DNA of 64,000 bases from an uncultured Methanosarcinales archaeon (GCA_964602245.1 CAZRPY010000001.1:152246-216245), one strand, 5' to 3'. Positions 47,747 to 57,229 are shown, counted from the stretch's first letter. Program-made: numbers and translations. The notes: a model not told the origin generated them from the sequence alone.

Positions 47747-49177
47747 TTACCTCATCCTTACTTTTCTAAGCCTAATTGAAGGGCCGCCAAACCACACAGG
47801 CAGGGCCTGCATTGGTTCACCTTTGCCGCAGCTGCCAGCATGTAGCTCAAAATTGTTGGCAGCAGCATCAATAGATTTCCACAAAACGGGAGTAATTATC
47901 TCAAGAACTGGCTGGAATATAGGATATTTTATCTCACCATTCTTGATTAAATAAGCTTCAGCTCCAACATATTTTTGGTTATATCTCTTATCGTCAATGT
48001 TCCACTCTGTAAAATTTTTAATGTATACTCCTTCTCTAATCTCCTCAATTAATTCTTCTTCTTTAAAGCTACCTGTAGCAAAGAAAGTGTTAGACATTCT
48101 TACAATAGGCTCTTTATCATAATCACTAGATCTAGAGCTACCATTACTCTTTAAGCCTAAATTTGCTGCAGTTTGTCTATTATGAAGAAATTCGTTAATA
48201 ATTCCTTTTTTAATCAGAAACTTTTCTTTTGCTCTAACACCTTCACTGTCAAAGAGATAAAATCCATTACTATTAGCTATGGATGGATTATCAATAACAT
48301 TAACAGCCTCACTACCAATTCTAGTTCCTAACATATCTACACTTATAAAAGATTCTCCTGCCTGAGCAGCCTCTCTTCCAAGAATCCTGTCAGCTTCATA
48401 AGGATGGCCAACACTCTCATGAACCATAATACCGGTTATCTCAGGACAACAGATAACATCCATAACCCCTTTTTGGGCTCTAATAGAGTTATTAATATTT
48501 TTACCTAGAGCTTTAACTTCATTACTCAATTTCTCTGTAAGCTTCCAATTATTGATGGATTCCCAACCACCTGTCTGGCCATATTGCCAGTATCTTTGTA
48601 AACTTCTCTTGCCAGTAATTGTTAAGAAATAATAAAAATTAACTCTAGGAATATTTGCTATTATTCTACTTCCCTCAGATGTTACCAAGTATTCTGTTGT
48701 TTCACTGTCTGATAAAGATAAAAATCTTCCAGGTACATTAATTTTAGTATTTAATATACTCTTGTCAATATCTTTTAGTAGCCTTATTTTAGTTTCTGGT
48801 GAAACGTTTTCTAGCTTAATTTTTTGGCTCACAGAATATTTTTGCTTATGTATTTCTTCCTCAGAAAATCTTATTTCTTCTTTTAAATGAAGAAAGGTTT
48901 TAGTAGATTTACAAGATTTATCTATTATGCTCTTTACTGAATCTTTTGTTAATAAATTAGTTGATACAAAGTTAAGCTTATTTTTAACTAAAAACCTAAT
49001 TCCCAGACCATTTTTATCTTCTAGGCCACCTCCTTGAAGGACACCGTTCTTAAAGACATAGGAAGAGCCCTTGGTTAGCTCTAGTCTGGCTTCAACATAA
49101 CTTGCTCCTAACTTAAGAAGGTAATTTAGTACATAGTCTGCTATTTCAAATTTAGAATCCATAACTTTAAAAATCAA
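47747..49177 (-). CDS. tldD: TldD/PmbA family metalloprotease, TldD-like
   Basis: It has the HESVGHPYEADR motif and is 476 aa. Confidence 0.8.
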   Translation of the reverse strand: MIFKVMDSKFEIADYVLNYLLKLGASYVEARLELTKGSSYVFKNGVLQGGGLEDKNGLGIRFLVKNKLNFVSTNLLTKDSVKSIIDKSCKSTKTFLHLKEEIRFSEEEIHKQKYSVSQKIKLENVSPETKIRLLKDIDKSILNTKINVPGRFLSLSDSETTEYLVTSEGSRIIANIPRVNFYYFLTITGKRSLQRYWQYGQTGGWESINNWKLTEKLSNEVKALGKNINNSIRAQKGVMDVICCPEITGIMVHESVGHPYEADRILGREAAQAGESFISVDMLGTRIGSEAVNVIDNPSIANSNGFYLFDSEGVRAKEKFLIKKGIINEFLHNRQTAANLGLKSNGSSRSSDYDKEPIVRMSNTFFATGSFKEEELIEEIREGVYIKNFTEWNIDDKRYNQKYVGAEAYLIKNGEIKYPIFQPVLEIITPVLWKSIDAAANNFELHAGSCGKGEPMQALPVWFGGPSIRLRKVRMR

Positions 49178-49185
49178 ATCTGTAT

Positions 49186-50253
49186 TTATAAATTTATTGT
49201 AATAAGTTCTTTAGTAAATTTAGTTAAGGGAATACAGATATTTTCCAGAAGTACCGTATCTTCAATCCTAATGCCTAATTTATCATTAATATAAATTCCA
49301 GGCTCGATAGTAAATACCATACATTTTTGTAAGATATCATTAGACTTACTAGATAATCTAAAAGTACCTTCATGAACATCTATACCTATTTGATGGCCTA
49401 GGCTATGGATAAAATATTTCTCATATTTTCCAAGAATTTTTCTACAGGCTATTTCTACATCAGAGACTTTAACACCTATTTTTGAATTTTTAATAGACTT
49501 TAATTGGGCTTTTAGAACTAAGTTATAGAGACCTTTTTCCTTTTCGCTAGGCTTGCCAATAAATAGAGTCCTAGTCATGTCAGAGCAGTAATTCTCAAAT
49601 TTTATACCAAAGTCTATTACGCAAAATCCTCTTTTCAATTTTTTCTTAGATGTAATATGGTGTGGCAATGCAGCATTTCTGCCAGAAGCTACAATTGTTT
49701 GAAAAGAATTTAACAAACCTAATTTTTTAGTCTGGCTTTCTATATATTCCATTACAGCAGCTTCTGTTTTGAATTTCTTAAAATTATCAATACATTTCTC
49801 AATTATTTCATCAGTTATTTTGCAAGCCTCTCTAATTTTATTAATTTCTATTTGAGTTTTTATTTTTCTTAAATTAATTAAATAAGTGGATATGTCAACT
49901 ATCTTAGAATTAGGAAAAGTGTTTTTAAATTTCTGATATTCTTTAATTGAAATGCAGTCAAAGTTAATTCCTATTTTTCTAGCCTTGATATAACTGTTTA
50001 ATTGTTCCCAAAGATTGTCTAAAGTAATTATATTCTTAATATAAGACATTCTCTTAGCCTTAGCAAATTCTAATTTAGGGACAATAACTATTGGAGGTTT
50101 ATCTTGATATATTATTAAGCAACAGAAATCACTTAAATCTAAGTTACTAAAATAAGTAATATTACTATCATTTTTGTTTAGATTTGATTTTAATAAAACA
50201 CAAGCATCAATACTTTCTTTAGCTAGAATTTCCTGGAATTCTTTAAGTCTCAT
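49186..50253 (-). CDS. M24-family Xaa-Pro aminopeptidase or prolidase
   Basis: It has the pita-bread fold motif HSLGHQIGIDVHE. Confidence 0.8.
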   Translation of the reverse strand: MRLKEFQEILAKESIDACVLLKSNLNKNDSNITYFSNLDLSDFCCLIIYQDKPPIVIVPKLEFAKAKRMSYIKNIITLDNLWEQLNSYIKARKIGINFDCISIKEYQKFKNTFPNSKIVDISTYLINLRKIKTQIEINKIREACKITDEIIEKCIDNFKKFKTEAAVMEYIESQTKKLGLLNSFQTIVASGRNAALPHHITSKKKLKRGFCVIDFGIKFENYCSDMTRTLFIGKPSEKEKGLYNLVLKAQLKSIKNSKIGVKVSDVEIACRKILGKYEKYFIHSLGHQIGIDVHEGTFRLSSKSNDILQKCMVFTIEPGIYINDKLGIRIEDTVLLENICIPLTKFTKELITINL

Positions 50254-50255
50254 AT

Positions 50256-51332
50256 TTATCTTGTTACTTCAAAGCTTTTAACCCTAGCAAGAAGCTCTTT
50301 AGCCTTTTTATTTTTTTCAAAGTGTTTTCTTACTGGTTCAATTAACTGGTTAATATAGAATGCTACAGTATTCTTTAAATCAATTGGATGCAAGTTACCT
50401 TTAGAATAAACTCTGACAAGATCATTATAGTTATGAAACTCTAAGTTTCCACCAAATTTTTCAGCTCTTTCTATCGTAATTGAGTTGAATTTTTCAAAAA
50501 GTATGTATTTGCAATATTCCAAGATAGGGTTGTCCTCTACTTGTTTTTCTGGACAATAGGCTTTAGCGATCTTTTCCTTGACCTCTTTCTCGGAATCTGT
50601 CATAAAAATGGCAGTTTCTGGCTTGGATTTAGACATTTTGAGGTCAATTGTTCTTTCAATAGCACTCTTTTCTTTACTAGCAGGCTTGCCAAGGCCCATT
50701 AACATATGGTGGCTGACTATCACAGGTTTCCAATATCCAAGTTTTTCTCCAAGTTCCCTAGCTAAAACATTAACTTTCCTTTGATCCATGCCTAGCTGGC
50801 AAATATCAGCTTTTAGATGGAATATGTCAGCTGCTTGCATACAAGGATACAATATTTGAGAGGCTTGCTGTACTTCAGACTCTTGTCTGCCCATTATCTG
50901 CCCAGTTCTTATTATCCTCTGTATAGTAGAATTTCTTGCTATCTGCATTACTTTCTTCCAATAATCCATACTGTTTACTACATCACTTGCCCTTACAAAT
51001 TCTACCTTATCAACATTCATTCCAGACACTTTCCAAACCTCAACAAGATAATCGCTGCATATTTGTATTTTTTCTAGATCACCGCCTAACTTGTTATTGG
51101 CCCAAGCGTGCCAGTCAGCTGCATACATCTTGAAATGGATGCCTGCTTTTACTAGTTTATTGATATTTATAGCCCTAAGAATGCCTTGAGCAATATGAAT
51201 ATTACCAGAAGGCTCAAAACCATCATATGCTATTGGATGAGATTTAGTCTCTATTAAAGTTTTTAGCTCATCTTCTGTAATTATCTCTTCACCTACCTGC
51301 TTTATCAGCTCTAATTTTGTATTTATATCCAT
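50256..51332 (-). CDS. tyrS: Tyrosyl-tRNA synthetase (archaeal type)
   Basis: It has a HIGH-region variant (EPSGNIHIAQ), KMSKS, and a C-terminus (KAYCP...NPILE...EKFGGNLEF...LHPIDLKNTVA) that matches archaeal TyrRS. Confidence 0.85.
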   Translation of the reverse strand: MDINTKLELIKQVGEEIITEDELKTLIETKSHPIAYDGFEPSGNIHIAQGILRAININKLVKAGIHFKMYAADWHAWANNKLGGDLEKIQICSDYLVEVWKVSGMNVDKVEFVRASDVVNSMDYWKKVMQIARNSTIQRIIRTGQIMGRQESEVQQASQILYPCMQAADIFHLKADICQLGMDQRKVNVLARELGEKLGYWKPVIVSHHMLMGLGKPASKEKSAIERTIDLKMSKSKPETAIFMTDSEKEVKEKIAKAYCPEKQVEDNPILEYCKYILFEKFNSITIERAEKFGGNLEFHNYNDLVRVYSKGNLHPIDLKNTVAFYINQLIEPVRKHFEKNKKAKELLARVKSFEVTR

Positions 51333-51405
51333 AAAACTAAGCTTAATTTATTCTTTTAAAAAGGTATCGTAAATTTAGGCTCTGTCATAAATCTCGATTT
51401 GCTCG

Positions 51406-51525
51406 GGGTTAGGTCGGTTCGCATTTTGATGTGAAAACTGTTAAGTTGACATCCCCGTAAGGGACTTCCCCCTGTCAACTGTAATTTTTGTATATTGGAG
51501 AATGCTCACAAAAATGACCTAACCC
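51406..51525 (+). ncRNA. Candidate structured ncRNA or structured repeat element, family copy 2 of 3
   Basis: The closing helix is gggttaggtc / gacctaaccc. The conserved strands are ggttcgcatt and gaatgctcacaaaaat. The internal helix gttgaca/tgtcaac encloses cccGTAAggg. A TATA-like ttttaaaaa lies about 45 nt upstream and the run ctttattta lies downstream. Confidence 0.5.
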
Positions 51526-51552
51526 TTTATTTAGGACAGAGCCGTAAAAGAA

Positions 51553-51581
51553 CACTGGTCACTGGACAGACGCACGTAAGG
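51553..51581 (+). promoter_or_regulatory. Second copy of the motif cactggtcactggaca-N4-cacgtaagg, followed by tatataaag upstream of the cas4-like gene
   Basis: It matches 26974-27002 at 16 of 16 positions, and the following cacgtRagg also matches. Confidence 0.4.
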
Positions 51582-51611
51582 TATATAAAGTAAATTGTTT
51601 TAATTTATGAT

Positions 51612-52472
51612 ATGATAACTGTATCTATGCTCTCTACATATCTATATTGCTCTAGAAAGCTGTACTTACAAGAAGTGCTTAAGCTAGAGGAACCTGAAAG
51701 AGAAGATGCAGTCATAGGCAGTATTAGGCATGAAACCTATGATCTAATAAATAAAAATGAAATGAAAATTGTTACAAGCATACAAAGAAAGGTGCCAAGA
51801 GAAGAATTGCAAGATTTATATAAGGAATATTATTCAGAGCATTTAAGAAATGCTATTAGAGCTAATAAAGATAGGTTAAGGACTTTAGTAATTAATTCTG
51901 GAGAGATTTTTAAGAGGCTATGGCCTTTAGTATTGGAGGAAAGCATTACAAGAGCTAATAGTATTTTTGACTTTATTGAGACACACCTTATTTTTGGAGA
52001 TAAACTTTGGGAAATGCTCACTCCAAAAATAGTTTCTGAGTTTAAGATAATATCTGCTAAACTTGAGCTTAAGGGCATAATAGATCAAGTAGAGCACTGG
52101 CAAACTGGTTTAGTTCCTATTGAGATTAAGACAGGAAACGCCCCATTAGAAGGAATATGGTCTGGGCATAAAATCCAATTAATAGCCTATGCAATGCTAC
52201 TTGAGGATTATTATAGCAAGCCAGTAAAAGAGGGATTTGTTGTTTACCTTGGATCAAAAGAGAAAAGGCATTTAGCCATAAATCCTTTTATGAGATATGA
52301 ATTGAAAGAGCTTATAGGCCAAGTAAAGACAGTCTTGACAAGCAAGGAGCTTCCAGATTTTACAACATCTAAAAAGAAGTGTGAGAAATGTGGGCTTAGA
52401 GATAGATGTTATAATAAAGAATTTATGGATAATACCATGAATAATCTCATAGAACTGTCACAAACTATATAG
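51612..52472 (+). CDS. Cas4-like / RecB-family PD-(D/E)xK nuclease with a 4-Cys Fe-S cluster signature; no CRISPR array or other cas genes nearby
   Basis: It has an N-terminal Cys (YLYCSRKLYLQ), the nuclease motifs IIDQVEH...VPIEIKTGN and QLIAYAML, and a C-terminal CEKCGLRDRC. Confidence 0.65.
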   Translation: MITVSMLSTYLYCSRKLYLQEVLKLEEPEREDAVIGSIRHETYDLINKNEMKIVTSIQRKVPREELQDLYKEYYSEHLRNAIRANKDRLRTLVINSGEIFKRLWPLVLEESITRANSIFDFIETHLIFGDKLWEMLTPKIVSEFKIISAKLELKGIIDQVEHWQTGLVPIEIKTGNAPLEGIWSGHKIQLIAYAMLLEDYYSKPVKEGFVVYLGSKEKRHLAINPFMRYELKELIGQVKTVLTSKELPDFTTSKKKCEKCGLRDRCYNKEFMDNTMNNLIELSQTI

Positions 52473-52552
52473 TGGTATATTTTTAAACCAGTTTATACAT
52501 TCTTTATAGAAACATTTAAATAAAGAAAATCATAGATTTTCTAATTTAAATG

Positions 52553-52671
52553 TCCGAAAATGCTTACATTTTCGATACAAAGGGACTTTGTCCCTAGTCT
52601 GGGAAATTAAAATTTCCGATACAACGAAAACCATTGGTTTTCGAGTCTCGAATTACGTTGTAATTCGATAC
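52553..52671. repeat. Array of five different perfect palindromes with alternating conserved 3-prime flanks (GATAC / AGTCT)
   Basis: The palindromes in order are: ccgaaaatg-ctta-cattttcg; ggga-ctttg-tccc; ggaaatt-aa-aatttcc; cgaaaacca-ttggttttcg; cgaattac-gtt-gtaattcg. They are followed alternately by (c)gatac and agtct. Confidence 0.6.
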
Positions 52672-52729
52672 ATTTAAATATTACTTACTACTAGATTTAG
52701 AATAGACTTTTGAATTAAGGAGTGATAAA

Positions 52730-53035
52730 ATGCCAACAACTAAAGAAGAAATGCCAAAAATGATGCAGGAAGGCCAAGAGGCTGACAAGAAGTTCTCTAA
52801 GCAATTAATAGGCAAGACAGTTGTTTCCAAGGCTGGAAAAAGGTTTGGGGAGGTAGGAGATATAATTTTTGAGGCTAAATCTGGAGAGCTAATACATATG
52901 GTATTAAGCAATCCCACTTCTTATACAGAAAAGCTAGAACTGGAGAAAGACAAGGATGGACATATTCTGATACCATTTAGTTCTGTAATAGCTATGGGAG
53001 ATTTTATGGTTATATCTGAAGAGGATATTATTTAA
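52730..53035 (+). CDS. PRC-barrel domain protein
   Basis: It is 101 aa with a GKRFGEVGDIIFEAKSGELIHMVL core. An aaggagtga RBS lies upstream. Confidence 0.6.
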   Translation: MPTTKEEMPKMMQEGQEADKKFSKQLIGKTVVSKAGKRFGEVGDIIFEAKSGELIHMVLSNPTSYTEKLELEKDKDGHILIPFSSVIAMGDFMVISEEDII

Positions 53036-53107
53036 TTGGCATTATTTTGATTGTTCTCTTTATATACTGCGCAAAACTATTTAAAGCAATATAAATTCTT
53101 TCAATCT

Positions 53108-54064
53108 ATGGAAAGTGCTTTGTGGACAGAGAAATATAGGCCTAAAGAATTTAATGAAATAAAGGGGCAAGTAGAAATAATTAAGAGAGTGAAGGCCTTT
53201 GTTGAAAAGAAAAATATGCCTCACCTGCTATTTACCGGACCTGCTGGAACAGGTAAGACCAGCCTTTCTATTGTAATAGCAAAAAAATTGTTTGAAGAGC
53301 AGTGGAGGCAGAACTTTTTAGAGCTTAACGCGTCAGACGAGAGAGGCATAGATGTTATTAGAAATAAAGTTAAAGATTTTGCAAGAACTAAGCCAATAGG
53401 TAATGTGCCTTTTAAGATAATTTATCTGGATGAATGCGATGCATTAACAAGAGATGCACAACAGGCTTTAAGAAGGACGATGGAAAATTATACAGCTACT
53501 ACTAGATTTATTCTTTCTGCAAATTATTCTTCAAAGATAATTGAACCAATACAGAGCAGATGCGCAGTGTTCAGGTTTAAGCATCTAGATAAGAAAGATG
53601 TTTACGAGATTATAGATAAGATAGCAATTAACGAGGATTTTCATATAACAGAAACTGCAAAAGAGGCTTTATTTGAGGTGACAGAAGGTGATCTGAGGAA
53701 ATTAGAGAATATACTTCAGAGCTCAGCATCTATATCAAATAAAATTGACGAAAATATGATTTATGCGATTGCAAATACAGCTAAGCCTAAGGATATAATT
53801 GAGATATTAAAATTAGCATTAAAAAATGATTTTATGGCCGCTAAGACAAAATTGCTCGATGTTATGCTGACTAATGGACTTTCAGGGGCTGATATTATTA
53901 AACAAATACAGAAAGAAATCTTAAATTTGCCAATAGAGACAAAAGATAAAATGTCTTTAATAGACAAATGCGGGGAGATAGAATTTAGGATGTCAGAGGG
54001 TGCAGACGAGTTTATACAACTAGAAGCTCTTTTAAGCCAATTTGCACTAATAGGAAGCAAATAG
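53108..54064 (+). CDS. rfcS: Replication factor C small subunit
   Basis: It has Walker A (LLFTGPAGTGKTS), DECD and the SRC motif. The track ORF starts at 53051, and the start is likely the internal MESALWTEKYRP. Confidence 0.9.
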   Translation: MESALWTEKYRPKEFNEIKGQVEIIKRVKAFVEKKNMPHLLFTGPAGTGKTSLSIVIAKKLFEEQWRQNFLELNASDERGIDVIRNKVKDFARTKPIGNVPFKIIYLDECDALTRDAQQALRRTMENYTATTRFILSANYSSKIIEPIQSRCAVFRFKHLDKKDVYEIIDKIAINEDFHITETAKEALFEVTEGDLRKLENILQSSASISNKIDENMIYAIANTAKPKDIIEILKLALKNDFMAAKTKLLDVMLTNGLSGADIIKQIQKEILNLPIETKDKMSLIDKCGEIEFRMSEGADEFIQLEALLSQFALIGSK

Positions 54065-54093
54065 GTAAATAGATATAATGAGTTTACCTATTA

Positions 54094-55050
54094 TTAATCT
54101 TCTTCTTTCTTTATTCTTAACTGTTTATGTATAGAATCCTTATAATCATAATCTAGAGTAATAGCAACTTCTTTTGTAAACAAGTCATCTTTAGATAATT
54201 TGGCATTGTCTTTTAACCTGCAGATAATAGAACCCTTGCCTGTTGTGTCAAGCCTTAGCTCACCTGATTTGCCCCTGCCACTGCAATCCCATTTATCGCT
54301 ATCAGATATTTCAAACTCTAAAACTGGTATTCTTATGTCAAAAGCAGTTCCCTGCTTGGTCACTCTGCCCTGGCCAACATTTTCTACCTCAAACTCTAGG
54401 CTTATTAGGCCTGTTCCTGACGGCCTTTCCCTTACACCCCTGACTTGAATTGGAGCAGAAGAAGAGAAAACTGTCTTTTCCTCATCAACCTCGCAAAATG
54501 TCTTGTCTTTTAAATCACCTTTAAAACAGACTTTTGTAACAGTTGCAAATGTCTTGTAATGATAAACAACATTGCCTACAACAGTGATATCAACACTATT
54601 GCCTAGGATTTTTGGTTGGTATCTAGCATTATCATCACCCGGAGTAAAGTCAAGGACCTCTTCATCACCTTCTTCATTTACATCAGAAACCTTTTCTATT
54701 TTATCTGAATTTTGAAGTTCTCTATTTGGTATGCCTGAAAAATCAGCAAGATTAATACCTGATAAGCTAACTCTCACATCACCTGGCTCTACATCTTGCT
54801 CCCCTTTGTTCTTTAAAACTACTTCTATTGGGAAACTTTCTGAGGAAAAGATTTCTTCTATATCTGCTTTATCTAATATTCCAAATTCCCTGAACTCAGC
54901 TACAATACCCTTTTGGCCTCCTATGAAAGGAGATTTTCCAGATTTTGGCTCTTGTTGATCAGTTGGAGTGCAAGCAGCAATAGCAAATATAGAGATTATT
55001 AGGTTAATTAACAAGTACTGGTTAAATTTTATTAATTTTATTTTTACCAT
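54094..55050 (-). CDS. Lipoprotein-like secreted protein, paralog 3 of 3
   Basis: It has a signal plus Cys (IAACTPTD). It shares the motifs CEVDEEK...SSAPIQVRGVRE, EFEVENVGQGRV and ITLDYDYKDSIHKQLRIK with the two upstream paralogs. Confidence 0.6.
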   Translation of the reverse strand: MVKIKLIKFNQYLLINLIISIFAIAACTPTDQQEPKSGKSPFIGGQKGIVAEFREFGILDKADIEEIFSSESFPIEVVLKNKGEQDVEPGDVRVSLSGINLADFSGIPNRELQNSDKIEKVSDVNEEGDEEVLDFTPGDDNARYQPKILGNSVDITVVGNVVYHYKTFATVTKVCFKGDLKDKTFCEVDEEKTVFSSSAPIQVRGVRERPSGTGLISLEFEVENVGQGRVTKQGTAFDIRIPVLEFEISDSDKWDCSGRGKSGELRLDTTGKGSIICRLKDNAKLSKDDLFTKEVAITLDYDYKDSIHKQLRIKKEED

Positions 55051-55126
55051 CCGGTCACTTATCTAATACTTAGTAGAGCATTATTTAAACTTTTCTTATT
55101 ATAAATGCTATTTATTTATCTTTGAT

Positions 55127-56071
55127 TTATTTTAGATTAATAATTTCGAACTGTTTCTGAACAGAGCTAGAATAGCCATAGCTTAGCTCAATATTAAGAG
55201 GAGTTGTATAAGATGTCTGTTGTTTGTCAATTGGAAGGTTAAAGCTGCAGAATATAAAACCTTGTCCATTTATTAGTATAACATCCTTGTCTAAACTTGG
55301 CTCACATCTATCTAGAGTTAGGCTAGGTATTGAAACAGAATTTACATGGACTTTGTTTATGTCTAGGATGTCAATGCCAAATGGGCATTTGTCCAAAACA
55401 GCATCTGGCTTCATAACCTTTCCATCTCCAACATTTCTTATAAATATCCTGAAAAACACTTTATTATTGCCAACTTCTTCCTCAACTCTAGTAACAGCAA
55501 TAGGAGCTCCTTGGCTGGTTAAACTAACATCTCTTACCTCACAAACCTTATCTTTTTTGACTACAGAAAATGGGTCAGGGTCAATGCATACTATAGGATT
55601 GGCTTGTGTTTTGTAGCTATAACAAGAGGTAACTAGGATATTAGCCACATATTTATCAGCAGATGATATAGGAACACTGGCTTTAGCTATATAGCTTTTA
55701 ATGTCAATAGAGCCTTCAGGGCTTGTTTGACTTTTGCCCCTGAAAAGACCACTTAGAGTTAGATCTACGCTAGTTTCACTGCCATCCTGCCAATTGCCTT
55801 GCAAGGCAGCTTTTTCAAAACCAGAAATAAATAACCTTGCAAATTCTGAATCATGAGCACCTTTGTTCTCTGCATGGACATTAATAATTATATCCTGATC
55901 TTGGAAAACTCTTGGAGGAGGAGAGTTTTGAAGAAACTTAATTACTATGCCTTCTATACCCTTATGAAAATCGATATCTTTTGTGGTTAAGGTTCTTGTG
56001 TCCTTTTTAGAGCAACTTGATAACACTACAAGGAGTATTATGGCTAGAGTAATAACAGTAATTTTTTTCAT
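55127..56071 (-). CDS. Lipoprotein-like secreted protein, paralog 2 of 3
   Basis: It has a signal plus Cys (VLSSCSKKD). It shares TSCYSYKTQANPIVCIDPDPF, KVCEVRDVSLTSQGAPIAVTRVEEEV and FIRNVGDGKV with the other paralogs. Confidence 0.6.
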   Translation of the reverse strand: MKKITVITLAIILLVVLSSCSKKDTRTLTTKDIDFHKGIEGIVIKFLQNSPPPRVFQDQDIIINVHAENKGAHDSEFARLFISGFEKAALQGNWQDGSETSVDLTLSGLFRGKSQTSPEGSIDIKSYIAKASVPISSADKYVANILVTSCYSYKTQANPIVCIDPDPFSVVKKDKVCEVRDVSLTSQGAPIAVTRVEEEVGNNKVFFRIFIRNVGDGKVMKPDAVLDKCPFGIDILDINKVHVNSVSIPSLTLDRCEPSLDKDVILINGQGFIFCSFNLPIDKQQTSYTTPLNIELSYGYSSSVQKQFEIINLK

Positions 56072-56187
56072 TTTGATTAATGTAGGTAACTCTTTTATAT
56101 CATATATAAAAGTTTCTACTCTGCTGTAGTTTTGATTATAGTATATTGACTATATTATATAAAATCTAGGTCCTTTGTTTCTTTCAT

Positions 56188-57228
56188 TTATTTCTTTGGA
56201 ACAGGCACTTTAATTAAAACTTCTTTTGATATAGACTCTGTGTAGCCGTATTCAGCAAGTATCCTTAGTTTTGTAACATAATTGCCAGCATTAGCAGGAA
56301 TTTCTCCTAGATATCTGCAAGTTACTGTTGCAACCTTGTCCTTAAATCTTGCATAGCCAAACAAGCCTTCTTCTTCGAAAGGATCTTTAATTAGCTCGCT
56401 TCTCTTTGGCAAGCAGTCTAAACGATTAATTTCTTTACCTGCAATGAAAGCGCTTACCCTTACAATATTAAAATTGTTTAAATCAGAAGATGATTTTTGG
56501 GAGCAAACCTCTTGATATTTTTGATATCTTATCACTTCTCCCTTGCCAACGTTCCTTAAGGTAATAACAAAATATGGAGAAATGCCTTTTCCACTAGGCA
56601 GCATCTGTACTTCTACTTTTTCTATAGAAACAGGGGCACCTTGACCACTGCTAGATGCTATATCTTTTACTTTGCAAACTTTTGCTATTGGCTTTGTATT
56701 AAATATGTCTGTGTCAATGCAGACTTCTGGAGTAAATTCTGTTTGGTAGTCATAGCAAGCAGTTGCTATAATAGCACTTTTAAATTGCTCTGCCTGGGGG
56801 TTTAATAGGGATGGTTCTGCAAGTACGCTAAAGGTCATTATATCACCATTAGGGTTTTTTGCACTTTTACCTTCTAAAAAAGAGTTTTCACTACTAGCTA
56901 TTCTGAAGAGATCTTCACCATAATATATAGTAGAATCTAAATTTTCCTTAACAATACCTTTATAACCATCAAAATTAAAAGCAATTACACCGTAAGCCTT
57001 TTCTGCACCCTTATTTCTCATCTCTAAACCTATTGGAACTCTTGTTTTTTCAGTATAATAAATCTCTTTTGGAGGTGCATTTTCTAGAAATTTGAATTCT
57101 AAGCCTTGTACTCCTGTCTTGAAATTAGTAATTACTTTTGTTTGGACATCTGCTCTTTTACAGCTAATTAATAGTAAAGAGATTATAATAAGAAAAATGT
57201 ACATTCGTTTAGTTTTAGTCTTTTGCAT
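56188..57228 (-). CDS. Lipoprotein-like secreted protein, paralog 1 of 3
   Basis: It has a signal plus Cys (LLISCKRAD). It shares TACYDYQTEFTPEVCIDTDIF, KVCKVKDIASSSGQGAPVSIEKVEVQ and LRNVGKGEV with the other paralogs. Confidence 0.6.
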   Translation of the reverse strand: MQKTKTKRMYIFLIIISLLLISCKRADVQTKVITNFKTGVQGLEFKFLENAPPKEIYYTEKTRVPIGLEMRNKGAEKAYGVIAFNFDGYKGIVKENLDSTIYYGEDLFRIASSENSFLEGKSAKNPNGDIMTFSVLAEPSLLNPQAEQFKSAIIATACYDYQTEFTPEVCIDTDIFNTKPIAKVCKVKDIASSSGQGAPVSIEKVEVQMLPSGKGISPYFVITLRNVGKGEVIRYQKYQEVCSQKSSSDLNNFNIVRVSAFIAGKEINRLDCLPKRSELIKDPFEEEGLFGYARFKDKVATVTCRYLGEIPANAGNYVTKLRILAEYGYTESISKEVLIKVPVPKK

Positions 57229-57229
57229 T

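Noticed and set aside
51406-51525. Intron-containing or permuted tRNA interpretation of the structured element
   Set aside because: The closing helix is 9 to 11 bp, not 7 bp. The GGTTCGCATT strand cannot form a T-arm. No anticodon arm geometry is recoverable.
52553-52671. Possible CRISPR array next to the Cas4-like gene
   Set aside because: The palindromic units are all different and the conserved parts are only 5 to 6 nt flanks. There are no identical direct repeats of 24 to 48 nt and no spacer periodicity.
54200-54958. Plus-strand ORFs of 82, 66 and 75 aa
   Set aside because: They are antisense inside the lipoprotein paralog 3 gene.
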